From: Mobula hypostoma
Lineage: Eukaryota
Direction of reading: 5' to 3'
Length of the DNA: 64,000 nt
Assembly (NCBI RefSeq): GCF_963921235.1
Contig: NC_086121.1
Location: forward strand, 17,732,001 to 17,796,000
Part shown: positions 51,997 to 64,000 of the stretch, piece after piece
Numbering within the stretch: position 1 is the stretch's first letter
Layout: the number at the start of each line of letters is the position of its first letter
The notes under the pieces: model-generated
The model's database searches: none
Told to the model about the DNA's origin: nothing
What the model saw: the letters and a program-made list of their open reading frames with translations, nothing else
Translations under genes and position numbers: made by a program

Positions 51997-52818
51997 GTGG
52001 CCACTTTATTCGGTACAGGAGGTGACTACCGAGTGTATGCATGCGGGCTTCTGCTGCTGTAGCCTATCTACTTCAACGTTCGACGTGTTGTATATTCAGC
52101 GATGCTGTTCGACACACCACTGTCGTATTGCTTGGTTAGTTGAGTTACCATCACCTTCCTGTCAGCTTGAACCAGTCTGGTCCCTTTCGTCTGACCTCTT
52201 TCATTAACAAGTTGTTTTCACCATGGAACTGGATATTTTTTTGTTCTTTACACCATTCTCTGTAAACTCTAAAGACTGTTGTGCGTGAAAATCCCAGGTG
52301 ATCAGCAGTTTCTGAAGTACTCAAAGTACCCATACTCTGGCACCAATAATTATCTATGGTCAAAGTCACTTTGATCACATTTCTTCCCCATTCTGAACAA
52401 CTGAGTCTTTTGACCGCGTCTGCATGTTTTTATGCATTGAGCTGCTGCCACATGATCGGCTGATTAGATATTTACACAGCAGCGTAGCAGTTAGTGTGAA
52501 GTTATTACAGCTTGGGGAGTCAGGGTTCAGAGTTCAATGTCAATGTCATCTGTAAGGAGTCTTTGTACGTCCTCCCCTGGGGAATGTGTGGGTTTTCTCC
52601 CGGGTGCTCTGGTTTTCTTCCACAATCCTAAGATGTACCAATTAGCAGGTTAGTTGGTCATTGTAAATTGTCCCGTGATTAGGCTGGGGTTAACTTGGGG
52701 TTGTTGGTTGCTGGGGGGGGGTGTGGCTTGAGGGGCCTATTTCACGCCATATCTCTAAGTAAATAGATGGATAGATGGGCAGGTGTGCAGGTCGACCGAA
52801 TAAAGTAGCTACTGAGCG
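51997..52818 (-). mobile_element. Tc1-like derivative with nested V-SINE (~52474-52770, +)
   Basis: TIR GTGGCCACTTTATT; ORF 52151-52378 reads SETADHLGFSRTTVFRVYREW (Tc1 HTH). Confidence 0.75.
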
Positions 52819-53015
52819 TATATTCTACGTTGGGGACCAAGGAACTATAATGTGTTAGAACTATAAACAGCATGCTGGAAATATTCACCAGACCAGAACA
52901 AAGTACGCCACCTGAAGTTGTGGAACATGATTTGAGCCGAAATGGAGAGAAGTACTGAGTGGAAAATGAGACGGGTGTTCCAGTTCATTGCCAGTGTTTG
53001 AGTTCAAAAGTCTGA

Positions 53016-53261
<246 letters not shown>

Positions 53262-53317
53262 TAATCGGTTAAGAATGTTCAAACTCTTTTTTTAAAGAAA
53301 AGGATTATTGTTGTTTT

Positions 53318-53620
53318 AGACCATAAGACCATAAGACAAAGGAGCAGAAGTCGGCCATTCGGCTCATCGAGTCTGCTCCGTCATTTTATCATAAGCTGAT
53401 CCATTCTCCCATTTAGTCCCACTCCCCCGCCTTCTCACCATAACCTTTGATGCCCTGGCTACTCAGATACCTATCAATCTCTGCCTTAAATACACCCAAT
53501 GACTTAGCCTCCACTGCTGCCCGTGGCAACAAATTCCATAGATTCACCACCCTCTGACTAAAAAAATTTCTTCGCATTTCTGTTCTGAATGGGCGCCCTG
53601 CAATCCTTAAGTCATGCCCT
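53318..53620 (-). mobile_element. CR1 LINE 3' end
   Basis: (AGACCATA)n tail and GGCCATTCGGC. Confidence 0.75.
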
Positions 53621-54782
53621 TTTGACTTGCTTTTGCAGTTACATCCTTATTAAAGTGTCAGGCTGCTGAGATACTGTGCCATTCCAGACAGAGCAAAGCC
53701 TTTTCTTATTCAATAACAACCAAATGCACTTCATTTCGGAAGTTGGAGTCAAATCCAGTCTGTAGTAATAAGCATTAGGTGCATTTCTAGACCCCATGTG
53801 ACACTTAACGTGCCTTGTGGCTCGGTCACAGTAAATTGTTCACTGAATGCGTATGAACAACAATTACGAGCTGGACCAATCTTTCATTCTATTGTTGGAG
53901 CATTCAGTTAAAGATCTACGCTGCATCTCCAGGGTGCCTTAATAGGAGAGCTGGTTGTTCACTGGAGTGAAGTATTAGTTACAATTTGATGTCAGTGCAC
54001 TTTCTAAATGTAAGTACTCTTTGGAATTAGTTTTGTCTATACGGAGTGGAGTTGTGACCTATACAACCTGTACAACTTCGAATGTTGCAGAGTGAGGTTA
54101 TTCAGTCCATCCTGCCTGAGCAGGGTGTTCAACAGGGATATCTGATTAAATAGGCTTCAATAGGTACATTTAACATAGAGAAATGTATATAATATACATC
54201 CTGAAATTTTTTTTCTTCACAAACATCCACGAAAACCAGGGCATGCCCCATATATATGCCTTCTGCTCTTTCCCCAGAAACTCAGTCACCTTCCCCACCC
54301 CGAGTTTATCTAATTCTAGATTTGGCTTTTATTGTTTAATCTCTTTTTAGCTGAAAGCCAGTCGTTCAGCCATTGTGTTGAACAACACAATATTCTCTGT
54401 AAATTAAAAGAAGGGATTTTCTCATCTCACTCTAAGTGTGTCCTCTGTTTATCAAACCCTTTGTCACTGCAGATGGTACTTCCCCATAAAAACAAAGGTG
54501 AATGTCAGAAATCTGATATAAAAAGATCAAAATAAAGTACTCAGCAGTGTCTATGGGACAAAGGTAACATTTCAGCTTGATAGTTTAGTCTGTCCTTGTT
54601 TTTCCTTCATCTTGTTCCATCAGTGGTGATTCCACACACTACGTTTATGACTTCAACTTTACAGGTCAAACTTAAGATTCTTGGTGAGAGAACTGGTGGA
54701 AAGTTTTTTTTGCTCCAGACCACATTTTGCCATCTGAAAGATCAATGGCAGCCAACTTGGTTCTGAAATTTTAAAAGTGTTA

Positions 54783-55450
54783 ATAGACAATAGGTGCAGG
54801 AGTAGGCCATTCGGCCCTTCAAGTCAGCACCGCCATTCACTGTGATCATGGCTGATCATCCACAATCAGTACCCCATTCCTGCCTGCTCCCCATATCCCT
54901 TGACTCCGCTATCATTAAGAGCTCTATCTAACTCTTTTTTGAAAGCATCCAGAGAATTGGCCTCCACTGCCTTCTGAGGCAGAGCATTCCACAGATCCAC
55001 AACTCTCTGGGTGAAAAAGTTTTTCCTCAACTCCGTCTAAATGGCCTACCCCTTATTCTCAAATTGTGGCCACTGGTTCTGGACTCCCCCAACATCGGGA
55101 ACATGTTTCCTGCCTCTAGTGTGTCCAATCCCTTAATAATCTTGTATGTTTCAATCAGATCCCCTCTCATCCTTCTAAATTCCAGTGTATACAAGCCCGG
55201 TCACTCCAATCTTTCAACATATGACAGGCCCGCCATCCTGGGAATTAACCTTGTGAACCTCTGCTGCACTCCCTCAATAGCAAGAATGTCCTTCCTCAAA
55301 TTTGGAGACCAAAACTGTAGACAGTACTCCAGGTGTGGTCTCATCAGGGCCCTGTACAACTACAGAAGGACCTCTTTGCTCCTATACTCAACTTCCCTTG
55401 GTATGAAGGCCAACATGCCATTAGCTTTCTTCACTGCCTGCTGTACCTGC
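54783..55450 (-). mobile_element. Young CR1 LINE 3' fragment
   Basis: AATAGACAATAGGTGCAGGAGTAGGCCATTCGGCCC terminus; ORF2 C-terminal coding sequence on the minus strand. Confidence 0.85.
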
Positions 55451-58130
55451 AGCAGTGTTGGATGCAGACTTGAAGGTTTATTATTTGTAGTGCTGTGGGA
55501 GAGGAGCAGTGCCCTGTTGGAAGAGAGGTAGTATCTTATCCATGGGATAAATGAGATAGGCTGCTATGTCATTGTTCCCATGCACTCCTGGGGCTTTTCT
55601 GAACTTCGCTGTAAAATCCTCACTTCAATTATTAGCTACCGGTAACTCTTCTTAATACTTCCTTTGTTTCAGGGCCCATTTATCTTGCTGCCTCCTGTGA
55701 AGTGTCTTGAGACATTTTTTTCTGTGTTAAACCCCGAACTGAACTAGAGGTTGCTAAGATGATGTACCAAGTTTTCTGTGAAATGGAACACTTTACATTT
55801 AAAAGTTTGCAGCCAGCTTCCTGGAGAAATGCATCCTTTCTTGGAATCTGGAAATCTCACCTGAACCAAAGACTCTTATGTGAGGGAACAGCTGGGATTC
55901 TCAAGAGGAGATTGCTGTTCTTTTTTTGTTTGATTAGTAGATCAAGGGATATGGAGTTAGGTTAGAAAAGCAGAGCTGAATTGAAGGTCACCTCCAGGGC
56001 TAGAACATCAGCCTTCCATTCTAGAGCACTGTGTATTGCTGTTTTATCCAGACTTTTCTCAATATCTTCTCGGGATGTCAGGATTTTTGTCTGCCTCTTA
56101 ACATTCATCTGTTACTGCCTAAAGCAGATGACCTGTTGTCTAGAAACACGCCAGTTTTATGCAGGAACGGTACGTTCGAGGTGCTGTTTGGTAGAGATCT
56201 TCAAGACTTTGATTCTGCAAAGATGAAAGAGAGGATGGTTTGGGACTTGAAAGGGGAACTTACAGGCAGTGATATTTTCATTCTGGTATCTTCCCCCTCC
56301 CCCCCACCCCCATGACACTCTCCAAAGTGGTAAGGTCACTGCTTCAGAAGGCTGCTTTATATCACTCGTGGGATGTGAGTGTTGTTGTAAAAGACTAGAT
56401 GAATTTTTGCTCTGCATTCTGTAGGTGATGTGCTCTCCCGCCATGGTGTATGGGCGGTAGAGGGAGGGCTGGTTCAGTATGATAATTAATTAAAGAAGTA
56501 TTTTGTCCTGAATGGTGTCAAGTTTCTTTAGTGATGGAATTGTCCAGATCAGGCAGGGGGAAGAGTGTATGTTGAACTCCTTGTGGAAAGGTTTTTGTGA
56601 ATCATTTTCCAGATAAAACTCTCTCTCCTGACCTTCTCTTTTCGTCATTATGGAATCTCTGCAATGTATCTTTGATATATGTCAAGTGAGACTTCCAATT
56701 AATAACATAAAGAGGAATGTTCTGTGGGATTTTTTTCCCCCCGATTAATGTACTGTGAACTCCATCTTCCCCAGCCTATCCCTTTTCTTTTCCTTCTCCT
56801 CCACAAACCTCCCTCCTTCATCCCCCCCTCCTTCATCCCCAAACTTCCTTTTCTGCCACCCCCCCCCCTCAACCCAGCCTTTCTTTCCTTTCCCACCACT
56901 TGGAGTTGAACCAGCCCTCCTACACTTGGGATATCTCAGTGTTTTTGAGTACCTGAATGATGCTCGTGGTTTGTGCCCCAGAAAATGGCAGAGGATTGAC
57001 AAGCAAATATTGAATGGGGCAAAGATTTTCTGTAGGAGGCACCCATCTGTTTTTTGTTAACTCCAGTAGTACCTATTTCACAGTGCTGTTGGCAGGGCAA
57101 CCACACTTAATCCTGCACAAGTCTGAACTAAAACTGTGTTGCCTATTTCATCTTGCACCTGCTCTATATGATATATTATTTGTCCTTGTGGCTCCTGATC
57201 CAGCAATACTTTAATTTTAAAATCTGTATTTTTTTTGTAACACCTCAAACTTCCCTTTCTCTCTACTGTCCTGCAAACCCACAAAACCTGAAACCTTGGT
57301 TCTCTTCTTCCAAGTTTATTGTACTTTTTGGACAATTTAAACCTTGACTTCTGGGGATGGCACAAAGTGAAGGCTAATGAATACACTGCGTGAGAAGAGA
57401 AAAATTATCCATTGACTTCTGCTTAAAATCCTCTAACTCAGACAACTTCCACAAATCTCTGTGTCATCACTAGACCTGTCATAGCTCTAACCTCTGGCAA
57501 TTTTTCTCTTGAACCTCTTTACTTCTCTGTCCTTCTTCCAAAGGTCTCGCAAAACTTCCCAAAGTTTTGCTTGGTATGATCCAGTTTAAGAGCTGGAGTT
57601 CTTTTCTGACCCTGAAACAAGGGTCAGACTAGTCATAAATATGTCTTACAATACTTGTCAGGTGTCTTTTAAACCCCAGATTTGGGGAACTGCCATTATT
57701 CTGTGCTTTTTTAAAATTGCTTCTGTAAATCTACCTATTTGACTAACCAAAGGAATTCAGGACAACTGTTTCACCTAGGGAATGGCGAGAGAGTGAGACT
57801 CAGGCACAAGAGTAATTGAGTCAATGAGTTGAGATGTCCATCAGGGGAAGCCGAATAAGCATCTGGACAAAGGAAGAAGATGGATGTATTGATTATGCTG
57901 CAAAGGTGCTCCTAAGGAACATAAGCATTAGATTGGACATTTGGACTAAATAGCCTACCATAAAAAATTCTCTGTAATTATTCCTCACTGTCCACGTCAA
58001 TTTTAATTTGGAAATGCTCATGTGAAATACCTTGAGCCGCTTAAGTACATGAAAAGTACTATGTAAGTGCAGGTTCTTTTTGAAATTGTTAGTGCTCTGC
58101 TGTTACCTTCAGCTTATTTATGTATCTTAA

Positions 58131-58499
<369 letters not shown>

Positions 58500-59358
58500 T
58501 AGTGTAACTGTCCCAAGAATTTATGATAAGTGCAGAAATTTATGACTTGAAATAACTGGGAATTGATGATCAGAAAGAGATTGGGTAAATGCTTGACAGT
58601 AGGATACTTGCAACATTTTGATGGCCTGACAAGAGATTTTGCATGACTGAGTCCTGTTGGGATGTGTTCGTCATGTGCAGATGTTGCTAATTGCAGGATT
58701 GAGTTTCGTGATTTTTTAAAAATCCCTTTGGGTACAAAACTCTTCTAATGTGCACCCTGCTTCCGCAGGAAGGAGGGTGATTGTAGGCAAGTAGTGTCAG
58801 TGGATCATAATTCTTGGTCACCACATCTGAGAGACATTATTCTCAGGGCAAGAGGGCTTAAGACTGAAAGGGATCGAAGTATTGATTTGTTGTGGGAATC
58901 TATAAGACATAGGAATAGAATTAGGCCATTCAGCCCATTGTCTGCCCTGCCATTCCATCATGGCTGATTTATTACCCGTCCCAACCCTGTTCCTCCCCAT
59001 AACCCGTGATGCCCTGACTAATCAAGAACTCATCAACCTCTGCTTTAAGTATAGCTAGTGACTTGGCCTCCACAGCCGTATCAATGAATTGAACACATTC
59101 ACCACCCTTTGGCTGAAGAAATCCCTCCTCCTAGGGAAAGGAAAAGGAAACGAGAGCCCAGCCTGAGTGAGGGGAGCGAGGGAGAGAGAGCTCGTCCCAG
59201 CAGGGACCAGCTCAGCGGAGCACAGATGTTGATGGTTGACATTGAAAAGACAAGATCTGACCCCAGGCAGCTGCAGGAGTCCTGAGAAGCAGAGTATGCC
59301 TGTATGAGGCAAAGTCACGTCCAGCAGATTAACTCCGGCTGTCATCGTCTGTTCCCAG

Positions 59359-59489
59359 GCCCAGGGGTCCGAAAGAAAAGTAAAAGTGCTCGAGCTGCTG
59401 AATTAAAGAAGAAAGGAAAAGGGAAGAAGATGGTGTCCCTGAAAATCAAATTGGGAGGATTCAGCGGCAAACGGAAAAAGGAATCTTCG
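59359..59489 (+). CDS. CHD5: CHD5 coding exon
   Basis: (G)PGVRKKSKSARAAELKKKGKGKKMVSLKIKLGGFSGKRKKESS; CCCAG/GTAAGC. Confidence 0.95.
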
Positions 59490-59689
59490 GTAAGCTGGAC
59501 TCACTTTGGTCCTGGTGGACAAGTATCTTTAACTAATCCTGAACTTCAGAATCAGAATCTGGTTTATTGTCAGTGGCATATATCATGACGTATTGTTTTG
59601 CTGCAGCACTATAGTGCAATTCATAAAAAAACTATAAATTTCAACAACAAATTATATATGCTTATAATATTGTAATATATATTTTATAT

Positions 59690-60060
59690 ACTGTACTGTG
59701 CAAAAGTCTTGGGCATGGAAAAAAATTCTGTTAAGTGAAAATAATGAATTGAAAAGTTTCTAAATATCAAAAAGTTTACTCTTAAAGAGTAGTAAACAGT
59801 AAAAATCTAAAATCAATATTTGGTGTGACCTACCTTTGATTTTAAAACTGCCTCAACTCTCTTATGGAAACTTCCATGCGGTTTCTTTAGAAAATTGGCT
59901 GGTAGGTTGCTCCAAGCATCTTGGAGAACTTGCCACAGTTCTTCTGCAGACTCTGGCTGTCTCACTTCTGTCTCTCCAGGAAAACCCAGACAGCCTCGAT
60001 GATGTTGAGATCAGGGTTCACTGGAAGCCATATAAAAAATCTAAGGTGCTTAAGTACTGT
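59690..60060. mobile_element. Tc1-like remnant
   Basis: TIR-like TACTGTGCAAAAGTCTTGGGCA shared with the 41757 MITE. Confidence 0.5.
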
Positions 60061-60306
60061 CTGTCTGTCCGTAAAACAGTGAGGGAGTGTTGATGGGTTG
60101 CTTTATTGCCCATTCAGAACTCTGATGGCGGAGGGGAAGAATTGGTTCCTTCGATGGCTCATTAGTGGGGATGAGTGATACCACACCTGGAGGAGGTGCT
60201 GGTGAGGTAGCTCTTTATAGAACTCAATCCCAGCAATGTTAATAAAGGAATGTGTAAAATCTGTACCTTTAAATTCTCATTGTCCGTGTTATGTTCGCGT
60301 CTACAG

Positions 60307-60433
60307 AGCGATGAAGATGACCACGGCGAATCCGATCTGGACAGTGCCAGTGTCCATAGCTGCTCCGTGCGATCCGAGGGCTCAGCTGGTTTGGGCAAGA
60401 GGAGGAGGAAAGGTGGCAAGAGAAAAAAGAAGT
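60307..60433 (+). CDS. CHD5: CHD5 coding exon
   Basis: SDEDDHGESDLDSASVHSCSVRSEGSAGLGKRRRKGGKRKKK; CTACAG/GTAAAT; phase 0 to 1. Confidence 0.95.
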
Positions 60434-62289
60434 GTAAATAATCCACTCTTTCGTGACGGAATCTCTATTGGGTTTCTGTGTTTGTCCTCGGACTGGCGGT
60501 CGCAGGACCTGATGCAGTGTGTGGGACAGTTGCTTACGCGGGGGACCAAGTTGTGGTCTCAATGGTAGATCCATTACGTGGCGAGGTACCCAGGGCAGAC
60601 CGGAGGAGGGTTCTTGGTCTGTAGTGAGCTCACTGATCTTGGCTGGAGCAGCCTTATTATTGCTGAGTGAGCAAGAAAGAAATGTAACTAGAGATTGTGC
60701 TATTGAGCTGTGACTGGGTGCAGCCTGCACAGCAGGGGGAGGCCATTCAGCCCCTCTATCCCACACCACCAGTTAATTCAGAAATAGTTTACCTGGACCT
60801 CAGCTCAGCTTACACACCTGGGAATCACACTCATTGACACTCTTAAACCAGAGACCAAGGAAAGCTCTGATTCCCAAACTTTTGAAAGAGTGTGTTCAAG
60901 AATTTTAAAACCTTTTTGTGGATAAAATGCCACCTGATTTTTGTCCCTGAAAGGTCCATTCCTAATTTTAAGCATGCGTCCTTGACTAACTTCACCTGAG
61001 CCAGTAGTTTCTCCCTGGATGAACCTACCATCCTTGAATATTTTAAATTCTGATTACTCTTTAATCTTCTATAAACTGAGAAATACAGTCTGACCCAATG
61101 AGACCCTTGTAATTTAACCTTCTAATCCTGCTCTTGATATGTGAGCTGGTTTTGAAAGCTGAACACTGAGCTGTACTGAATCTGGTCTCTTTCCATTTTG
61201 TGCTTTATGCTCTGTGATTTTGCTCTTTTTTTGTGTGTGTGTGTGTGGGGAGGTGATGTTTTTTCTTTCAGTGAGTTCCTTGGATTTTGTTTCGTGGAGA
61301 AGATGAATTTCAGGGTTGTTTACTGCACACACTTTGATAGTAAATGTACTTTGAATCATTTGAATCCTGACATTCACCACTTAGGGTCGTGTATGATTTG
61401 CCCACAGGGCGTGGGAGCAGCAGGATTTATTGACAAGGTGATTTTGCTTTTAAAAGAAAACACGAGTTTTATAAACAGAGGGACAGGATGTTAAAGCAGT
61501 GAAATAGTTACAGAATTCAACATGATTCGGCTGAGCAATGTGGACAATTCAGGGCTGCACCTTATAGGAAAGATGATGAGGCCCTGGAAATGAGACAAAA
61601 CAAGGATTAACTGGATGGCATTGCGGATGAGAGGTTTCAGTATTGAGGAGAAGTTTGAAAAAACAGGACTGTTCACCTTGAAATCAGAAAGATTAAGGGT
61701 GAGGAGGTGGCCTGATAAAGGTTGTGGAGAAGATGGAGTTTTGGTTGAGAAGAAAGAGCTAGCCTGTTTGGCCAGAGAGTCTATTACCAGTGAGCACAGA
61801 TTTAAAGGATTAGTTAAAGATCCAGTTCAGGGACGAGGCAAATTCTTTTCAGTCAGAATTGTTCAAATCTTGAGCAATCTAAATCATGCCAGCTAATTCC
61901 ATAATTAATTAAAAAAAATTAATTTTGATGGGCCCTGTCTCCACCACTGACCCCTGAGCTGCTGATTCTGGTTTATAACTTGTTTAGTTCCTTTTACTTT
62001 TAATGCATATTTTTCCATCTGGGTTGCATTAAAATCTAGTCACAATATTGTGCCTTCCACTTCAACTTGTTTTCTCAGGACCTCCCCTTGTGTTTGAAAA
62101 CCTTAGCACAGTATTATTAAATCACTTTTCTTCCAACAAAGTGTCGTCAACTGTGGAGTTTCCTAACACCAATACAAAAACTTCACCCCCCCCAAAAAAA
62201 TTAAGGTACTGTTTAGAGTGACAGCTCACTTGACCCTTTATTGCACTCTATTGCGATGCCATCATTTCCCTGACTATTACTTCTTTTAA

Positions 62290-63200
<911 letters not shown>

Positions 63201-64000
63201 GTACAATGGTAAAGGAACCCCCCGCATGCAGTCTGATACTCAACCACGTAAGAATAGGAAGATCCCAGAATGATGTTGCACTTACCCCAACACAATCTGA
63301 TCATAATCCAATGACCCATGCAGCACTGGGGAGTAGACTCGTCTCTATGAAATCACTGAGGCAGGATTTGCTCAAGTCCAAGTTAATCGTCATTCTACCA
63401 TGCACGTATATGCAGCTAAACGAACCAGGTTCCTCCAGGGTCAAGATGCGAAATGCTATGTAGGCACACACAGCACGTAGCTTATATAGTTACAATAGCA
63501 CATACAGGTGCAGAAGTTCAATTCACCCGGTCTGTGCTTTGCAAAAAAACCTTCCCTTTCCCCTTCCTCTAGCCCCAACACTGCAATAACTATCCTGACT
63601 GAATTTTCTGCCCATTGCTGCATTTATTGCAACTTGGATGTGGATATCACTGACAATACTAACGTTTATTTCTCATATTTCATTGCCCTTGATAAACTCA
63701 TAGTGGAATGTTACCTTGAACCCTCTGCATTACAGTGAACGGGCTAACACAATTCTCCAGGGTATGAAGGGGCTGGATTTCAGTGTGGTACTGATGAAAG
63801 GGTGGTCACTGTTTTCCAAGTCAGGAAGGAGCGTAGCTCAGAATCAGCCGAGCTCTGATGACAGTGGGGTCTGTGTCTCTATCAGCTCTGGCTGCGGCTG
63901 CTTTGGCGAGCCACTGCTGCTGGCCGACGGTGTGATGGTGGTATCCGTGCACCCCCCCCCATTTAAAAATTATCTCTGGTAATCCCTCCAGGAAAAGGAA

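Noticed and set aside
56699-57060. Pro/Gly-rich ORFs
   Set aside because: Low-complexity pyrimidine tract in an intron with no splice or homology support

Overview
Repeat-rich vertebrate genomic DNA, most likely a cartilaginous fish (judged from the CR1, V-SINE/HE1-like and Penelope repeat content; species not determined). Two spliced genes lie on the + strand. RPL22 is complete: 4 coding exons at 8825-19724, 126 aa, with a CpG-island/TCT (5'TOP) promoter and a poly(A) signal. CHD5 is present as its 5' part: 7 coding exons at 30808-62463, through PHD finger 1, continuing beyond the window. The order matches the human RPL22-CHD5 synteny. Most ORFs in the supplied track are spurious or transposon remnants. 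The main hidden feature is a family of Penelope-like retroelement (PLE) ends carrying a minimal type I hammerhead ribozyme (agtc-CTGANGA-a-gggt/ctcg/gccY-GAAA-c-GTC-gact). Several are short, young fold-back insertions with 13-15 bp target duplications, a shared inversion breakpoint and an unpaired tail of about 35-40 nt. One in RPL22 intron 3 puts an intact antisense ribozyme core on top of a 65-bp stem. Also noted: a Tigger4/MER46-like transposon derivative, apparent absence of the CHD5 exon equivalent to human exon 3, and a candidate C/D-box RNA in RPL22 intron 2.
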